Source of the DNA: a virus
Taxonomy: Duplodnaviria; Caudoviricetes
Strand: one strand, 5' to 3'
Virus record (IMG/VR): IMGVR_UViG_3300015050_000746
Span: 1-32,066 of that record
Length of the DNA: 32,066 nt
Part shown: positions 30,936 to 32,066 of the stretch, piece by piece
Numbering within the stretch: position 1 is the first letter of the stretch
How the letters are laid out: the number at the start of each line of letters is the position of its first letter
The notes under the pieces: generated by a model
Told to the model about the DNA's origin: nothing
Database searches by the model: none
What the model saw: only the letters and a program-made list of their open reading frames with translations
Made by a program: the position numbers and the translations under genes

Positions 30936-31450
30936 GCCGCTTCCTCTCGTTTGGCCTCTAGCGCGAGGGCCAGTTTGTCTTCAAGTTCCCGAATCCGCTG
31001 CGTCATCTCCGCAAGGGGCTTTTCAGCGTCGGTCTGGTCAATGAACCGTTGAGCCTTCGCACGGAGGGCATGACCACCCATCGGGACGCACTTGGCAAGC
31101 TGACTGTCCGAAAGACCAGCAAGGGCCTCCACGGTGCGGATATGGACGCTGTTAAGCTCAATGACCTGACTGCGGCCAATGCCTGCCCATTCGTCCAGCG
31201 GCGTACCGCTTTCAGGGGCTTCCATGTTGGCCTTGAACGCGGCGTATTTGGTAGGCCAGCGGTCGCGGTGTTCGTCCTTCACCGCCACGTCCACGATGTT
31301 CTTGTTGTCGCCCGGCACGATCAGTTCGACGTACTCCACATCATTCCAGACCTCGCGGCCTTCCTTCTCCGACAGGAAGTTATTGCGAACCGGCTTGATG
31401 TGGAAACGCGGGATGACCCTATCCCGTCCGTCTGGCGCTACATAATCCAT
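30932..31450 (-). CDS. Head-module hypothetical protein
   Basis: SEKEGREV..DVEYVELIVPGD, SGTPLDEW, IRTVEALAGLSD, C-terminal coiled coil; GGAGG RBS. Confidence 0.8.
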   Translation of the reverse strand: MDYVAPDGRDRVIPRFHIKPVRNNFLSEKEGREVWNDVEYVELIVPGDNKNIVDVAVKDEHRDRWPTKYAAFKANMEAPESGTPLDEWAGIGRSQVIELNSVHIRTVEALAGLSDSQLAKCVPMGGHALRAKAQRFIDQTDAEKPLAEMTQRIRELEDKLALALEAKREEAA

Positions 31451-32029
31451 CTATGACCTCCAATAGACCGTATCATTGCCAATCCGCATCTTGCGGGAAT
31501 AGCCGGGCAAGTCCGCTTTTGGGCCTAGCCCTTTCTCTTCAAGCACGATGATAGGCGAAAACTTCTCGATTGTCGCCATAGCGCCTTTAATCGCGTCAGC
31601 CTCCGCGCCTTCAATGTCCAGCCAGATCAGATCGCATTGATCGAGGTTAAGGCCGTCGATAGTCAGCACCGGCACCGCAGTCCCCGGCAGCGTCTTGTGA
31701 GAGCCGCAGTTGTCCGTGTCTATGCGAAGGATGCCGCACGTTCCGACCTGAGAGCCTAGCGCGGTGTGATAGATTGCCACGTTCGGCAGCGGCACATTTT
31801 CTATCAGGCAGTCCCAGTTGTCCCTGTCCGGCTCAAACGTGATGACCCGATCAAACACCTTGGCCAGCGCGAGGGGATAGACGCCGACGTTTCCACCCGC
31901 CTGCACACAGACGCGCTTTTCCTTCACCAGCGGAAGGACAACGGGCATAGCCGCCGCGCACTCAGTCACCACCGCGTTACGGCAGCGAACGTCAAAGTCG
32001 GGCCACCAAAGGCCGTCTATCTGTTTCAT
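31451..32029 (-). CDS. FkbM-family SAM-dependent methyltransferase
   Basis: VQAGGNVG, VITFEPD, ALG, TIDGLNL..CDLIWLDIEGAE..AIKGA..TI....PIIVLE. Confidence 0.9.
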   Translation of the reverse strand: MKQIDGLWWPDFDVRCRNAVVTECAAAMPVVLPLVKEKRVCVQAGGNVGVYPLALAKVFDRVITFEPDRDNWDCLIENVPLPNVAIYHTALGSQVGTCGILRIDTDNCGSHKTLPGTAVPVLTIDGLNLDQCDLIWLDIEGAEADAIKGAMATIEKFSPIIVLEEKGLGPKADLPGYSRKMRIGNDTVYWRS

Positions 32030-32066
32030 CCGGCTAATAGCTTTCCCATGTCTGGAATCAGGCCAG
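32026..32066 (-). CDS. 3' end of an upstream gene (truncated by the window)
   Basis: Reads ...GLIPDMGKLLAG-stop, with an ATGA overlap with the FkbM start. Confidence 0.55.
   Translation of the reverse strand, partial: GLIPDMGKLLAG

Larger units (their letters stand above)
1..32066. mobile_element. Tailed dsDNA phage genome segment (podovirus-like, P22/BPP-1-type tail module), opened within the head module
   Basis: Terminase, portal, adaptor/nozzle, ejection proteins, tail fibres, lysis cassette, Sak/SSB and initiator are present, with no host housekeeping genes. Both window ends fall inside minus-strand morphogenesis genes. Confidence 0.95.

Overview
The whole window is most of the genome of a GC-rich, P22/BPP-1-like short-tailed dsDNA phage. 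The host is probably an alphaproteobacterium, possibly Caulobacteraceae; this is inferred from the SSB, DnaA-C-like HTH and promoter style. The sequence is opened inside the head module. On the minus strand, 32066->16892 carries an FkbM methyltransferase, head-tail adaptor, nozzle, GNAT-like protein, three ejection proteins, two tail fibres and a lysis cassette (holin-like, M15 endolysin, overlapping spanins). On the plus strand, 9472->16895 carries an XRE HTH, DUF1064 and HNH nucleases, a DnaA-C-like HTH, a YdaU/DUF1376 initiator, a loader-like protein and many small Ead-like and membrane ORFs. On the minus strand, 9368->1 carries small ORFs, Rad52/Sak, SSB, a Gp157-like protein, an HNH homing endonuclease, TerS, TerL, portal and the scaffold N-terminus. 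No integrase, CI-type repressor or major capsid gene lies in the window. The most notable signals are non-coding or sub-ORF. (1) A promoter- and terminator-bounded tRNA-shaped RNA without an anticodon arm lies antisense in the tail operon (27700-27866). (2) An ~80-nt countertranscript with an anti-Shine-Dalgarno loop covers the RBS of a 13-codon leader peptide coupled to the replication initiator, resembling plasmid copy control (11554-11671). (3) The HNH gene appears to have inserted with a recoded replacement of its host gene's tail. (4) A tail fibre appears to start at AUC. (5) A hairpin could silence portal translation on read-through mRNA. All calls are by eye from motifs; no searches were run.
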